Below, in pieces: positions 50,026 to 62,500 of a stretch of DNA of 64,000 nucleotides. A model generated the notes under the pieces. It searched no databases and had not been told where the DNA came from. It worked only from the letters and a program-made list of their open reading frames with translations. This DNA is from Marsupella aquatica (taxonomy: Eukaryota; Plantae; Marchantiophyta), in NCBI GenBank assembly GCA_973895155.1, contig OZ316892.1:30667328-30731327 (forward strand). Reading direction: 5' to 3'. Position 1 is the first letter of the stretch. Each line of letters opens with the position of its first letter. The translations under genes were made by a program, and so were the position numbers.

Positions 50026-52656
50026 CTAATGCCTGGCATGCTTGCCAGAGCCGCCTGAATGGGAGCGGCCATCCCGCTGCCTTCGAAGCCTGTCATTGTC
50101 CGCCTTGAGGAGCTGGACCTGGTCCAGCAGAGATTCGTTCTCTCGCCTCGCCGCATCCGTCTCCTCTGCTGCCTCCTGACAAGCCTCCTCCAACTGCTGG
50201 GCGTCACTTGTCAGTTTACCCGCCAGCTGGTCCTGCTTCTCGGCCTCGGTTTGGAGCCGTGCCACCTCGGCCTGCAGCGTGGCTATCTCCGCCGTGTCCC
50301 GTTGGGCCCGTTCCTCGGCCTCCTCCAGGTCTTTCTGCCAAGTGACAGTTTGATTCTTCAAACTGTCAATCTGGTTCCGGAGTCGTGTAATCTCGGCCTC
50401 GTTCCCAGCTTTGGCCTGTTCGGCTAGGGCGGTAAGAGCGTGCGCCTTTGCTAACAACTCATCGGTGGCTGCAACCTTGGGTCGTAGTTGCCAAAGCTCA
50501 GCCTCTTGAGCCGCAACTTCGTTCTTTAGGTACACGGACTCCACCCGGTACCGCTCTATCCTCTGAAGGGCCTCTGACTGGGCCCGTCCTGCCTTTACTG
50601 CGGCAACCAACTCCTGATTGAAGAAACAGGCTACCTTCTGGGCCATGAACTCCCCGGTATCCCGGGCAATCTGATGAGAGAAATCTCCCAGAAGCCCGTT
50701 CAGAAATGTACCCGGTACGAAGAGTTCCGGGTGGTCCAGGTTGTGCCTGTCCGGAGTTGGGCACGGGCAGACGTCAACACGCGCGGGGTCCGGGGCAGTG
50801 ACGTCCAGCCCTGGGGACGTAACGTTGGAAGGGGCTGGAGCGTCCTCCTGTAGCAATGTCCGGTTCTCCGGAATAGCCACTGGTGGGTCTTTGGGAGAAC
50901 CGGGCTCGGGTAAGACCTCCGCCGTACCGACTTCTGTACTTAGCCCGGCCTGTTGGGTCGCATCAACGGTTGCGACACCCGACCCATCCGGTACCCCCTC
51001 GGTTACGACTACAGCTACTTGTGGAGGTGGGGTCGGTGAAGCTGGCGTGTCCGCTGGACTTCGGGCCTCGGGTTGGGGCCGTCTCTCCAAGGCCGGGAAA
51101 ACCCACCTAGCTGGGACGAGCTTTGTAACGTTGACACGGGGAAGGGTTCGTCGATCAAACCGGGCGTACCACTCAAGAATGATCTCGATGTGGCTAGCGA
51201 AATACGCCTTCCCGCCAATGTACAACGTCTTCCTTCGCCGCTCCATCTCTTCATGGAATTTCTTAGCGAAGTACGACGCCCACCTCCTAGGTCGATAGTT
51301 CTCGACCTGGATAACCTGGGCGGCGGAGATCTCCCCCCGGGGTTCCATCATGTGGAGGGCGTACCTCTGGAACTCCAGCCGCTCAGCTATCTCGGGGATG
51401 AGGCAGGTCTTCATCACGAACCCGTTGTCCACTGCTCCCTCTGAGGGAAAACTTGAAGATTGGTACTTGGCTCCCTTGCCCCCGGGAGCCCGTGATTCGA
51501 CTCGGTGGTCACCTTCGGGTAACCCAAAGATCATCCTGAGCCGTTCTTCCGTGAGGGACATACTCCTTCCCCGTAGCCAAGTATGTTGACGCGCGTCGTC
51601 ATAATTCCTGACGAACTCCGTCATGTCCTCCCCGTAGTACCTGCAAGTGTTCCAGGGGAGGGAGGCGAGGTGCTCGAATCCCTGAGTCTTCAGGTACACC
51701 GCATGCTTGGGATGGAGGATGTTTTTGTGAACGTTTTCCCCCATGCGGTGCATCGTCACCTTGGCCACGGCTACCGTGGCCAACGGTAACCCGGATGCAG
51801 TGGCGGATTCCTTCCTCTTCTTCCCCCGTGACTGGCTTGGGGAAGGTGACACCTCCCCATCCTCCCGATCGGGCCTGGGTAGTGCCACTGCCGTTAGTAA
51901 CAGGCCCGGGTCGGCCACGGTCACCATGTTGTCTACCGGGGCCTCTCCTGGGGTCAGAGCAGGGGGTGGGGACGATATAGTGTCGGCCCCCTGAGCGCTT
52001 GCTCCTCTGGGCCGCCTGGTCAAGGGTAGGGTAGCCTCGTCGTCATCGCTAAGATCCACAACGTTGATGACGGAGCGTACTTGTGCTGGCTGGGCGATCG
52101 GTGGTGGGGTTTGGCTAGGCTGAGGCTGAAGCTGAAGCTGAGCCTGAGGTTGTATGGATACGGGTACGGGTACGACTGAGTTGGTCATGTTGGTTGCTGG
52201 CCAAGTTCCTATGAAACTCTGTAGGTGCTGGTAAAAGTTCTCCGAAGTGAGTGTAGACGACCTTGTCGAACGGGTAGTGCTGGACTCGCTGTTGATGATA
52301 GCCCAAACCTGAGCAGGGATGTGGTCAAAGTGATGTCGCTGCAAGTCGATCGTACCCGGGATATTGAAGACCTCGTCCGGAAGCCGAAGCAATGCTTCCC
52401 AGAACCCGATATATTTGTCTCCGTTGAAGAAGTACCCGGATACCTCTGCAGGTCGGTAAAGCTTGCTCTGAGACGGGTAGTCAAAGTTAAGGATGTAGTG
52501 GTGTCGTCCTGCTAGGCGGATGGCTCTCTCGTACTCGCGTTCGATTTCATATCGGCGCGGGTTGGCGTGTTTCAATGAGTCGGCCAAGTGCCTTCCGGTA
52601 GATAGGAACTGCGTCCAGAATCGAATGGCCGAGCTGGAGAGGATCGCGTGCGACAT
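50026..52656 (-). CDS. Intact 876-aa LTR-encoded protein: plant-transposon (Athila ORF1/PMD-like) domain, Pro-rich linkers, C-terminal coiled coil
   Basis: Uninterrupted ATG-initiated ORF; EFVRNYD..WLRGRSMSLTEERLRMIFGLP resembles retrotransposon accessory domains; homolog in LTR B. Confidence 0.85.
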   Translation of the reverse strand: MSHAILSSSAIRFWTQFLSTGRHLADSLKHANPRRYEIEREYERAIRLAGRHHYILNFDYPSQSKLYRPAEVSGYFFNGDKYIGFWEALLRLPDEVFNIPGTIDLQRHHFDHIPAQVWAIINSESSTTRSTRSSTLTSENFYQHLQSFIGTWPATNMTNSVVPVPVSIQPQAQLQLQPQPSQTPPPIAQPAQVRSVINVVDLSDDDEATLPLTRRPRGASAQGADTISSPPPALTPGEAPVDNMVTVADPGLLLTAVALPRPDREDGEVSPSPSQSRGKKRKESATASGLPLATVAVAKVTMHRMGENVHKNILHPKHAVYLKTQGFEHLASLPWNTCRYYGEDMTEFVRNYDDARQHTWLRGRSMSLTEERLRMIFGLPEGDHRVESRAPGGKGAKYQSSSFPSEGAVDNGFVMKTCLIPEIAERLEFQRYALHMMEPRGEISAAQVIQVENYRPRRWASYFAKKFHEEMERRRKTLYIGGKAYFASHIEIILEWYARFDRRTLPRVNVTKLVPARWVFPALERRPQPEARSPADTPASPTPPPQVAVVVTEGVPDGSGVATVDATQQAGLSTEVGTAEVLPEPGSPKDPPVAIPENRTLLQEDAPAPSNVTSPGLDVTAPDPARVDVCPCPTPDRHNLDHPELFVPGTFLNGLLGDFSHQIARDTGEFMAQKVACFFNQELVAAVKAGRAQSEALQRIERYRVESVYLKNEVAAQEAELWQLRPKVAATDELLAKAHALTALAEQAKAGNEAEITRLRNQIDSLKNQTVTWQKDLEEAEERAQRDTAEIATLQAEVARLQTEAEKQDQLAGKLTSDAQQLEEACQEAAEETDAARRENESLLDQVQLLKADNDRLRRQRDGRSHSGGSGKHARH

Positions 52657-52757
52657 TCAGAGGAGATAGTAGTGGCGACTTAGAGCGAACGAGAGAGCTG
52701 GGGTCGAAGCTGGCGCGTGGACTGATGGACTGGTGTACTACAAAGGGTTGGCTCCCC

Positions 52758-52764
52758 TTTTATA
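52758..52764 (-). promoter_or_regulatory. Candidate TATA box for the LTR-encoded ORF
   Basis: TATAAAA(GGG) on the minus strand ~100 nt upstream of the ATG at 52656. Confidence 0.5.
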
Positions 52765-53128
52765 CCTTGAGGGCTTGTCGATCCCCCGACGTCTCCTCGA
52801 CGCCCATAGGCTGAACCGCTCACGCTTGTGGTGTGCCGGCCACTCCGCCGTTCTGAGTCAGCGCGTGTCAGTGGCTGCTTCCTTAAGTTCGTTATACGGA
52901 CCCGAGGGAGGGGCCCCTCCACGCTCGTAACCCGGGTGTGCGAATAGCGACCAGCCGCCAGTCCGAACCTGAATTCCCCCTTATTGCCTAATGATATCCT
53001 ACCCATAATGATTACCTAAATACTGTCATTATGCTAATAATAGCGGTCTAAGACACTCCTAACGCGCGTGCCGAGCGCAGTTAGACTGAATCACTCATTA
53101 ACCGCCGTACCGGCGGCGTCACAGACGT

Positions 53129-53365
53129 GTTCACCGTAGGCCGGTGAAATCCCGATTAAATCTCGGTGACTCTCTGCGAAGACGTCCTCATATTCCGATA
53201 GGAGTTCTTGGATGGCCTTTTCCTCTGGCGCTCGTAGGCCATAACCAACGTTGAATGTTCTCTCCCTCTTTGTGGTGTATTTGCTATAGTGTTCCTTGCG
53301 GATTACATCCACATGGTCTCTGGTGGCCCGGTCAAGATGAGCCTCCAATTCCTCTAGTCTGGTGC
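53129..53365 (-). pseudogene. Upstream continuation of element B pol (PR-RT linker)
   Basis: TFNVGYGL..EEKAIQELLSEYEDVFA.SH.DL.G aligns with element A TFNLGNAL..EEKTIQDLLGEYVDVFAWSH. Confidence 0.9.
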
Positions 53366-56300
53366 TGTCAAACACTTGCCAAGGAGCTTAAGCGGCTTTT
53401 CTCCCCAAAAGACTACCTAATACCTGCTCCATGTCATACCAGGGTCACAAAGGATTGACAAAACTTCTGAAGTGTGCTTACAATGTCCAATCACTCCATA
53501 CATAAGTAGTTTCAACTCTCCACTTCTAGAGAGGTAGTCCCCTTGACTACTTTTGTACTCACCCCTTCCCCTCTCCTCTACTCCAAGGATCAGCAAGGGG
53601 GATCTCCGCTCCAAGCTGTCACCTTAGAGTAGATTCTCACACAAACACCCAAGAACCCAAAGTACTTTCCTCTTCAAGCTTAAGTCTCCTCAAGACCCTC
53701 AAAGTAGTGTTACCCCTCAACCTTGCCCCCCTGGCCTTGGTTTGGGTCCACACATCCCCTTTGAGCCCTAGAGAAGGCTCCTCTATCTAAGGACTCTTCC
53801 TCTTGTTCTTACTTCTTGTTAACACCACACACCAAGCAAAGTACTTTCCACCCTCAAGCTATAATCCTCTCTAAGTCTCAAAGTAATGCTATACCTTAAC
53901 CTTGCCTCCTTGGCCTTGGTTTTGTACTAGCACATCCCCTTCAAGCTTAGACCAAGATTATACCATAGCATGGACTCTTCTCTTGCTCTCATATACTTCA
54001 AATGCACTCACACTTAATGGTCACAATGAAGATTGGTAAGTCTCCTTTTATTGCATCACCTTTACAACAAAAGTTCACTACACATTCTCCACACTAAGCA
54101 TGGACCACCTCTCCTTTCTCAAGCTTAGCCCTACCTTGGCAAGGTAGAGATTTCACTTAAGAGATGAGACTCCCGGTCCCTAACAAATGAAAACTTCCTC
54201 CTTATATACTATCTCCTTCCACATCACACCAAGCTTGACCTGGGGTCCAACTATACCTCCCCCAAGTCCTCCTAACACACAAAGTCCAACTCTATAGTTC
54301 ATAGCCCACCCTACTACTTGCTATTTTGCCTCCTTCCAAGCCCTGGAATATGCCACACATGAGTGGTATGCTTTGACTTCCAAACCTACTCCCACTTATG
54401 GTCCTCCTCACCAGCTTACCAACCCACTTGAAAGCTCGCAAAAAGAGTGAGTGAGTCTCAAGTTGTGCCTAGTCAAAGTTGGCCTTATTTTACTTGTAAC
54501 CCCTTTACTACCCTAAGTAAACTACCCCCTATATTTACTTTTCTTAACTTGATGGCCTTACACCTTTGGCCAAAGGTAAGTACCCTTCTCTAGAGCCTAA
54601 CTCAAGTGGTATGGGTGCAAGAAAGGTCAGCCCCTAAATCTGGTATTCATTCCCCTATGCCGACTTTGGTTTGCAAGTTGTCGGGACTCCCTCGTGGCCT
54701 CGGTTAAAAATATATTTGAGTGATTACTTTTCTGGGGTTCCACCTTCACCAGGGGGTGCCTTATCTTCCCCTAACTCAGCACAAAAAAAAAATTTGGGCC
54801 CCAACGGATACCTCTAGCCAAAGTTATGCCCATTCTCCCAAGGCCTGTTTTTGGTGTAAAGCGGGTGTAAGCGGCGGCCCGATTACACTTACCTTACATG
54901 CCCCTTATGGGGATTCCACGTGTCATGAGGGGAGAGCACTCTCATTATACTCATGTTTCTTATGAAGAATTTGTAAGGACAGCAATGTTTGCAGCCATTT
55001 CTCTCTCGTGAATTCAATCTAAAACCACAACATTCTCTATTGGATTCTTTCTTGTGCAGCAGTCCAGCTGATCAGCCGCCAGCCCCTCAATTTCACAGCC
55101 ACCATAGCTCACAGCCAGCCTAGTCAATTTCGCAGCTAGCCCACCTCTTCAATTTTGCCGCTAGCAACACAGTCAATTTCGCAGCTAGCAGCACAGTCAC
55201 ATCAGCGCATTTACAGCACAACAACAGCAGATTTGAAGCACAGCAGCAGCAACCATAGCTTGATTCCTTCTCAGTCAAGCAGGTCTCTCTTCTCAATTTC
55301 GTAGCTGCCCACCTTTGCAATTTCGCAGCTAGCAGCAGCATCATTCAATTCAGCAGCATCAAGGCAGCAGCCAGCCAATTCTCATGAGCATCTCGTGCCT
55401 GATTAGTAGGAGCACCTCTAATCTAGTGTGCAGCTGTCATAGCAGCAAGCAGCCTTCCCAATTCAAAGCCAGCAGCGATCCTAATTTGCAGCCATAGCTC
55501 TTTTCCTTCTCAGCAGCCATAGCTTCTTCAATCAGCAGCAGCCATTTCAATTCAGCCGCCCTTCCTTCAATTCAGCCGCCCTTGTGCTCAATTGATTCCT
55601 CAAGTAATCATGCAGCACCTTTGGACAGCCTCCCGGTGCTTGACGTCCTCACCAGCCTCGTGCTTGCTCCTCCTTGCCTCGTGCTCGCTCCTCCTTGCCT
55701 CGTGCTCGCCGCGTGATCGTCGCCCACGCGGTTTACACTTAGAAAAAAATACATTTTTTTTTTGGAAAAACAGCATTTTGGGGCGATTTTGGACCCCCCT
55801 CCAAAACTCACACATAAGTCCAAAAGGACTTCTGAGTAGCTCCACTGATTCTATGGACATAGGACTATGTCCGGGTTTACTAAGATATAAACAAAACCCT
55901 ATAACAACTTTTCTAAAATTAGGCAAAGAGGGTCAAGTCTTTATGTCTTCCAAAATTCTTCTCAACTTTGAGATGCTCCCAAAAAGTAACCAAGTGTGAC
56001 AAAGTTGTCCCACAAGTTTCTAGGGATAGAGGGGACCATACTTAACCCACTTCCAAACTTGGAACCCCTACATTTACCCATCAGCTATTTTTCCCGGGAC
56101 CCGCTATTTGGTAACTTTGATTTTTGCCAAAATACTTATAACTCCTAGGTTAAGACCCCACTTGACTTCATACTTTTTCAGGGTTCCCTAGGGACCTCCC
56201 AGCACCCATGGGGGAAATATCAGCCAAAAATAAGATGTCCGGTGTCGGGTCATTTTTCGGTCCCGACTTAGTCGCCTATTATAACTAAGGACGGACTAGT

Positions 56301-56507
56301 TTCCTGCCCCTCCTATAGTAACTTGCTTACCCCTAGATAACTTTGCATAACTAAATTCCCTCTTACCTCTACTAAGCTTCCCTTCTTACTTAAGTGCCCT
56401 AAACCTAGCTACTCTGATAGCACTAAAACTTTTTCCCTAACTATTTCCTCTTCTAAACGAAAGAATGTCATGTTTCTCTACACTAGCTGACACTGAGCCA
56501 TCCCACA
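53366..56507 (-). repeat. 3' LTR of element A (3142 bp)
   Basis: TGTCAAAC...ATCCCACA; first 1330 bp repeated at 62671-64000; TATATAA on the minus strand at ~54203-54209; no long ORF. Confidence 0.9.
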
Positions 56508-56521
56508 TAGCCCCCTACTTA
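56508..56521 (-). promoter_or_regulatory. Polypurine tract of element A
   Basis: Minus strand AAGTAGGGGGCTA|TGTGGGA just after the pol stop codon. Confidence 0.8.
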
Positions 56522-56547
56522 AGTGTGCAGCGTCCCCGCAAACACAC

Positions 56548-59500
56548 TTATTCCTGATTAAAGTACCTTTTCAACCTATCATGATGCACTCTAGTAGGGA
56601 ACACCTCTCCTTCAAGAGTAGCAAGCTGAATTGACCCATTAGCATAAACCTGGTGAACAACATAAGGACCCAACCACCGAGTATGCAACTTGCCTGGAAA
56701 ATGAGCATACCTACTGTCATAGAGTAATACCAGTTGTCCAGCAAGTAAAGAAGTTGGCTTCTTCAACTTCTTGTCATGATGTTGCTTCACTTGAGCTTGC
56801 TTCTTCTTCACTTGCTTGCTTGCCTCTTCCCGGATTTCCTCCAACTCCTCCAGCTGGTAAGCTCTCTCCATTAAACTCTGGTCAGCCTCCATTCTCTCCT
56901 CCACACTTACCCTCAAAGTAGGCACTTCAAACTCAACAGGTACAAGGGAGTGTTGTCCAAATACTAGGTAGAAAGGACTATGGCCGGTTGTGGTCTTGAA
57001 AGCAAGGTTGTAGGAGTACACAGCTGAGTATAATTTGTCATCCCAATCAGTCTTGTGTGCCGCCACGGTTTTGTTCAAGATCTTGCCAATGATGCCATTA
57101 GCTCTCTCCGTTAATCCATTGGCCTTGGGGTGATAGGGGGTGGTCTTCCTATGCTTAATCAAGTAATGGTTAGTGAGCTCCTCCACAACTTCATTCAAGA
57201 AGTGAGTCCCCCTATCACTAACCAGCTCTAGAGGTGGCCCAAATCTGGTAAAAATCTGTTGATACATGAACCTTGCTACTGTGAGAGCATTATCCTTGCT
57301 GGTTGGTCTTGCCTCTACCCACTTAGTAGCATAATCAGTTGCAAGAAGGATGTATCGATTCCTTCTAGACCTGGTCACAGGAGTGATGGGACCTATGAAA
57401 TCTATACCCCACTTCTCAAAAGGTGCAAGAGGTAAGATGGTGGTAAGAGGGTGATGCCTTGAGTGAGCTGGCTTACCTGTCCTTTGGCAAGGGTCACATC
57501 CCCTCACAAAAAGACTTACATCCTTATGAAGTGTTGGCCACCAATACCCTGCATCAAGAATTTTCCTTGCTGTTGTTGCACTTGCATAATGGCCACCAGC
57601 CTCCTCCTCATGCATAGCTCTCATCACAATGGAGATTTCCTTCTTCTCCAAACACCTCCTTAGTCTCCCATCAACTCCTTCCTTGTGAAGGACACCCTTC
57701 ACCAATAAGTAAGGTCTGATTTTTCTCAGGAAAACAGCAGCCTCCTCTTGGTTCAAATCTCTTGGTAGCCGGGTTGTGAGAAGAAATTGGATGATATCCA
57801 AATACCATGTATCTCCTCCACTTCCCACATGAAAGAGGTCTTCATCTGGAAACTGATCATCCACCTCCTTCAAGTCCTCTTCTCCTTCAATCCTTGAGAA
57901 GAAGTCTGCATTCCCATGCTTCTTACCAGGCCTGACCCTCACCTCATAATCAAACTCTTGGAGCAACAAGATCCACCTTGCCACTCTACCAGTTACATCA
58001 GGTTTATTCACCATATACTTGAGAGCATTGTGATCAGTATGAAAGACCACCTTATAGCCCAACAAGTAGTGCCTAAACTTCTTACAAGAGTAGATGATTC
58101 CTAGAGCTTCTCTATCGGTTGGTGAGTAATTCTTTTCAGCTGGTGCCAATAGTCTACTTGCAAAGTAGATAGGGTGATCCCTATTCTGGTCATCAAGTTG
58201 ACTAAGCACCACACCAATACAAAAGCCAGACACATCCACATACACATGAAATTCTCTACTCCAATCTGGTGCTATCAAGATAGGGGCTTCAACCAACCTG
58301 TTCTTCAACTCCTGAAAACTTGCTAGCCTCTCAACTGAGGGTTCAACCTCAGCCCCCTTCTTAAGCATGCTGGTTAGGGGTAAAGCTACTTTAGCAAAGT
58401 CCTTAATGAACCTTCTATAGTAGTTTAAACATCCCAAGAATCCCCTCAACTCTGTCACTGAAGTTGGAAACTTGACAGCCATCCAAACAGCAACCTTCTC
58501 TTGGTCCACTTCTATGCCCTTCTTGGATACCTTGTGGCCAAGTAGTATCCCTTCTTCCACACCAAAGAAGCACTTCCCTGGGTGAAGCTTCAAACCAACT
58601 TCCCTACATCTTTGGAAGGTCATCCTCAAATGTTCAACATGGTCCTTCCCCCTTCCAAAAACAGCAAAGTCATCTATGAATACTTCCAAGAACTTTCTCA
58701 AGTAGTCATGAAAGATATTCATCATCAACCTTTGGAACATACCAGGGGCATTACAAAGACCAAAAGGCATCCTCCGAAAGGCATAAATCCCCCACTCAGT
58801 AGTAAAGGCTGTCTTCAACTGGTCCTCCTTCCTTATCCAAATCTGGTTGTAACCTGAGTACCCATCTAGGAAGCTATACACTTCCCAACCAGCTACTAAA
58901 TCAAGTACCATATCAGTAAATGGAATGGGATAGTGGTCCTTCTTAGTGGCCTCATTGAGTTTCCTAAAGTCTTGGCAAACTCGGATCTTAGGCTTACCAT
59001 CCAAGCCTGGTTTCTTTGGTACTATGACAATTGGAGAAACCCACTCACTATTCAACACAGGATAGATGAAACCTGCTTCCAGCAATTTGTCTATCTCTTC
59101 CTTCACCATCAAGGAGTACTTGGGATTCATCCGATATTGCCTTTGTCTCACAGGTGAAGCTCCTAGCATCAAGTCGATTCTATGCTCACCAAGTTCAGGG
59201 TTTACACCAGTAAGATCCAAGTGACTCCAAGCAAACACATCCACATATTCACCTAGCAAATCTTGGATAGTTTTCTCTTCACCTGATCCCAGGGCATTTC
59301 CCAAGTTGAAGGTCTTGTCTTGCTGGACAGAGATGGTTCTGTACTGCTCAGCTCGAATCACCTCCATCTTGTTCCTCATTGTGGAGTCAAAAGTGCCCTC
59401 AAGTTGTGCCAACCTCATGCCTCCATAGACGGGTGCATTTTCAGCACTTAACTCCTCCTTCTCCTTGCTTGAATGCTGGTCTTCCTGAGTCTCATCCTCC

Positions 59501-62500
59501 TCTGAGTTTGCAGCCTTCAATTGGTCCTCTAGCTCCTTTATCTTGAGCTTTAACAAGGCTAAGTGCTTAGCCTTTAACCTCTGGTCATTACTCCTTGTCT
59601 TGATCTCAACTTGGGCAGCACCCTTGCTGGTCTGATCAACCTCCTGAGCCATTGTGATAGTGTCTTCTTGGTTGCTCTCCTTGGCTGAGGTCTCAGCCTG
59701 CTTCACCTCCTCGAGACTGGTCACTTCACTGAGACTGGGCAGAGGTGAATGGCTGGTAAGAGCCTCCTGCTCTTGCTCCTCTCCAAACACTTCTTCTTCA
59801 GTCCATTGGCTCACCATGTTCAACATGTATACCTCATCCTCATCAGATTCAGATTTGGTACTCAACTCATCGGAAAGTTCAGAATCATATTCATCCAACT
59901 CATCAGTAGTCTCTCCTTGATGCTTGTCATGACCCCATGAAACTGAAGTGGCTGGTTTGCCAAACCTAAACTCCTTCTTGCCCCAATCAGACACTACTTT
60001 GGCTCCATATAGCCAAGGCCTCCCAATCAAGATTGGGTAAGTAGATGGCCTTGCTGGTCTCATCACCAAGTAATTCAACAAGAACTCCTGCCCCCCAATG
60101 AGAGTAGGTACTTGAGTAAGTGTCCCCACCGGTAGCACTCTTGCTCCATTTGCTAGCCTCATTGTCCTTGCTGTTGGCTGAAGTTTCTTGAAACCTAGTT
60201 GTTGGGCAGTAGCCTCAATCATGATATTCACACCTGAGCCTCCATCAACTGGTACATACGAGAGTACACACCCATTTACTTGAACATCAATCTCAGGTGC
60301 TCCAAGGTCTTCACAAACCATCATCACATCAGCTGGGGTACCAACCTTTGGAAGCTTCCTTCTTCTCCTTCCTACCAACATCTCCTTCAGTTGCCTCCTA
60401 TACAAAGGGTTGTCTTTGATCAGCTGCCCCACTGTAGCAGTAACCAAACAATCTTTCACATCCTTCTTGATGTCATAAGAGGGTACCTTGCTGGTCTCTT
60501 TCTTCTCTTCCACCTCAGCTTTTTCCTTCAAAGCTTTAGCAACCTTCAGGTCTTTGTTGATGGCCTCTTGATGCTCCTTAGCCTCCATCTCCTCTAGTTG
60601 CCTCTTGACTTCCTCATTCACCTTGGGATAGAAGAGCTTCGGATGGTCTCTCTTGTAGTCACTATCTTCAGCTGGTGGGACTTGAACTTCTGCTCCAACT
60701 TCAACTTCGATTGGTGACTCCGTTGAGTGCTCCTTTCTCTCCTTCCTCTTCTTCCTCTCTTCCACTCTTTCCTTCTTTCTTGTGGACCTGGTAGACACCT
60801 TGTAACACACAGCTTCCTCCTCAGGTGTCTCCATTCCTGGTAGATCTGGCTGGTTCTCCCCACCAGCAACTTGTGTCACTCCATCTTTGGCCTCCTCTTG
60901 CCACTCCATACTCAAGAAGTTCACTGTGGCTTCACCGGGAGCCTTGGCAACCGCTGGTGGTGGTGCTTCTATCCTTCCTATCATCATCTTGGCAGCAGAT
61001 CCAATAGGACAGTTGGCTGTGGTATGACCCTCCCTTTTGCACACAGCACAAAGAGGATAGGGAGCTCCTTGTCCCTGCCTCCTTGGTTCGGGGCAACTGT
61101 TGGAATAGTGCCCTGGTTTTTGACAGTTCCAGCAGATCACCACGGTAGTTCTTGCCACTCCCCCAGGTCCTTGAGGTCCCATTTGATCCACCATCCTTGG
61201 TTGAAGACCAGGCATCAGTTGAGGTGCCATGGGTGGAGCTGGTCTTCCTTGCAAAGTTCTTGGGCCTCCTGAAATCTGGTACACCATCTCCGGGGCTTCT
61301 TCATAGAAGTAGTCCACCACTTCACTTGCTTGATAAACATCGTTGGACTCTTCATTGACATACTGAACTTGATTCCTCCAACCTTGACACTCTTGAGGTG
61401 TATGGCCAAAACTCTTGCACTTGACACACCATACATGGGCTCTATTCACCGGCACTTTTCTCCTATCAGGTTGCACACCAGCAAAGTGAACTGATAGGGC
61501 CTTGAGTTGGTTGGTGATCTCACTCATCTTGTTATCCATCACCTTCTTCTCCTTGGTTGCTGGTGTAGAACCTTCCACCAAGTTGAAGGTTGCAGATTTG
61601 TGGTGCTTACCACCTGGCTTCTTCTTGCTGGCTCTCCTCTTCTGGTCGCTTTTTCTCTTTGCCTTCTTCTTCTTCTTCTTCTTCTTCTTCTCGGAGTCCT
61701 CCTCAGAATCAGATTCTGAATCAGAACTGGAACTACTCTCCTCAGATTCCGACTCAGAAGTATCCTCAACTGAACTACTTGATTCACTTGAGCTAGAAGA
61801 AGAATCACTATAAGCAAATCGCTTCTTCTTTCTCCTACTCTTGGAACTAGAGATCTCAGCACTCCTATAAGACTGAGCCGCCTCAATGGCCTCATCCAAC
61901 GTATTAGGGTGAGATTGCCTTACTGAGACACCCATCTTCTTGGGTAGGCTTGCCACAAACCAAGCCAACAACATGGAGTCTACTGGTCTGGGGTCAAGCT
62001 TGGTAGCTAACCTTTGAAACCTTTGCAGAAACCTCCTTACTGACTCCTTGGATCCCATTCTGATCTCTCCCATCTTGATCAGAGCTTCCGATTCTTCTCC
62101 CACCTTCCTAAACTCCTGCAAGAATGCTAGCTTGAAGGCATCCCAATCATTCTTGATGGCATTTGATAGGCTATTGAACCAAGGTCTTGCTTCTCCTCTC
62201 AAGACCCCCGCCAAAGTGGTCAACTTAATATCAAACTCTCCATTGGCTTGGGCTGTCCCAATGAAGTCCTCCAACCAAGCATCAGGATCCTCCTTGGGCT
62301 TGCCATGGAATGTCTTGTACTGAAATCTTGCTCTTTGAGTCACCACCATGGCTGCTTCTTGATCTTCACTTGTGTTGGTAGTGGAAGAAGATGTATCACT
62401 CCACCCTACACCAGGTTCCGCTTCAGCTTGCAAATGAATGTCCACCCAATCTGGTTGCTCCAACTGGTCACCAAAGTTGAAACTAAGAGAGGCTTCTTTT

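Larger units (their letters stand above)
49131..53123 (-). mobile_element. Solo LTR C (3993 bp) with 5-bp TSD GACGT
   Basis: GACGT|TGTCAC...GTCACA|GACGT (49126-49130 and 53124-53128). Removing it restores pol reading GEH-V-IDL. No gag-pol, PBS or internal terminal repeats seen. Confidence 0.9.
42601..53365 (-). mobile_element. Decayed Athila-like Ty3/Gypsy element B (3' part), interrupted by solo LTR C and element A
   Basis: 3' LTR 42601-46450, PPT, pol at 46490-49130 and 53129-53365. Confidence 0.85.

Noticed and set aside
50026-52656. Retroviral env gene
   Set aside because: No signal peptide or transmembrane segment evident; hydrophilic coiled-coil C-terminus.
53417-53614. 65-aa ORF duplicated at 62722-62919
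   Set aside because: Duplicated only because it lies in the LTR; non-ATG start and no motif.
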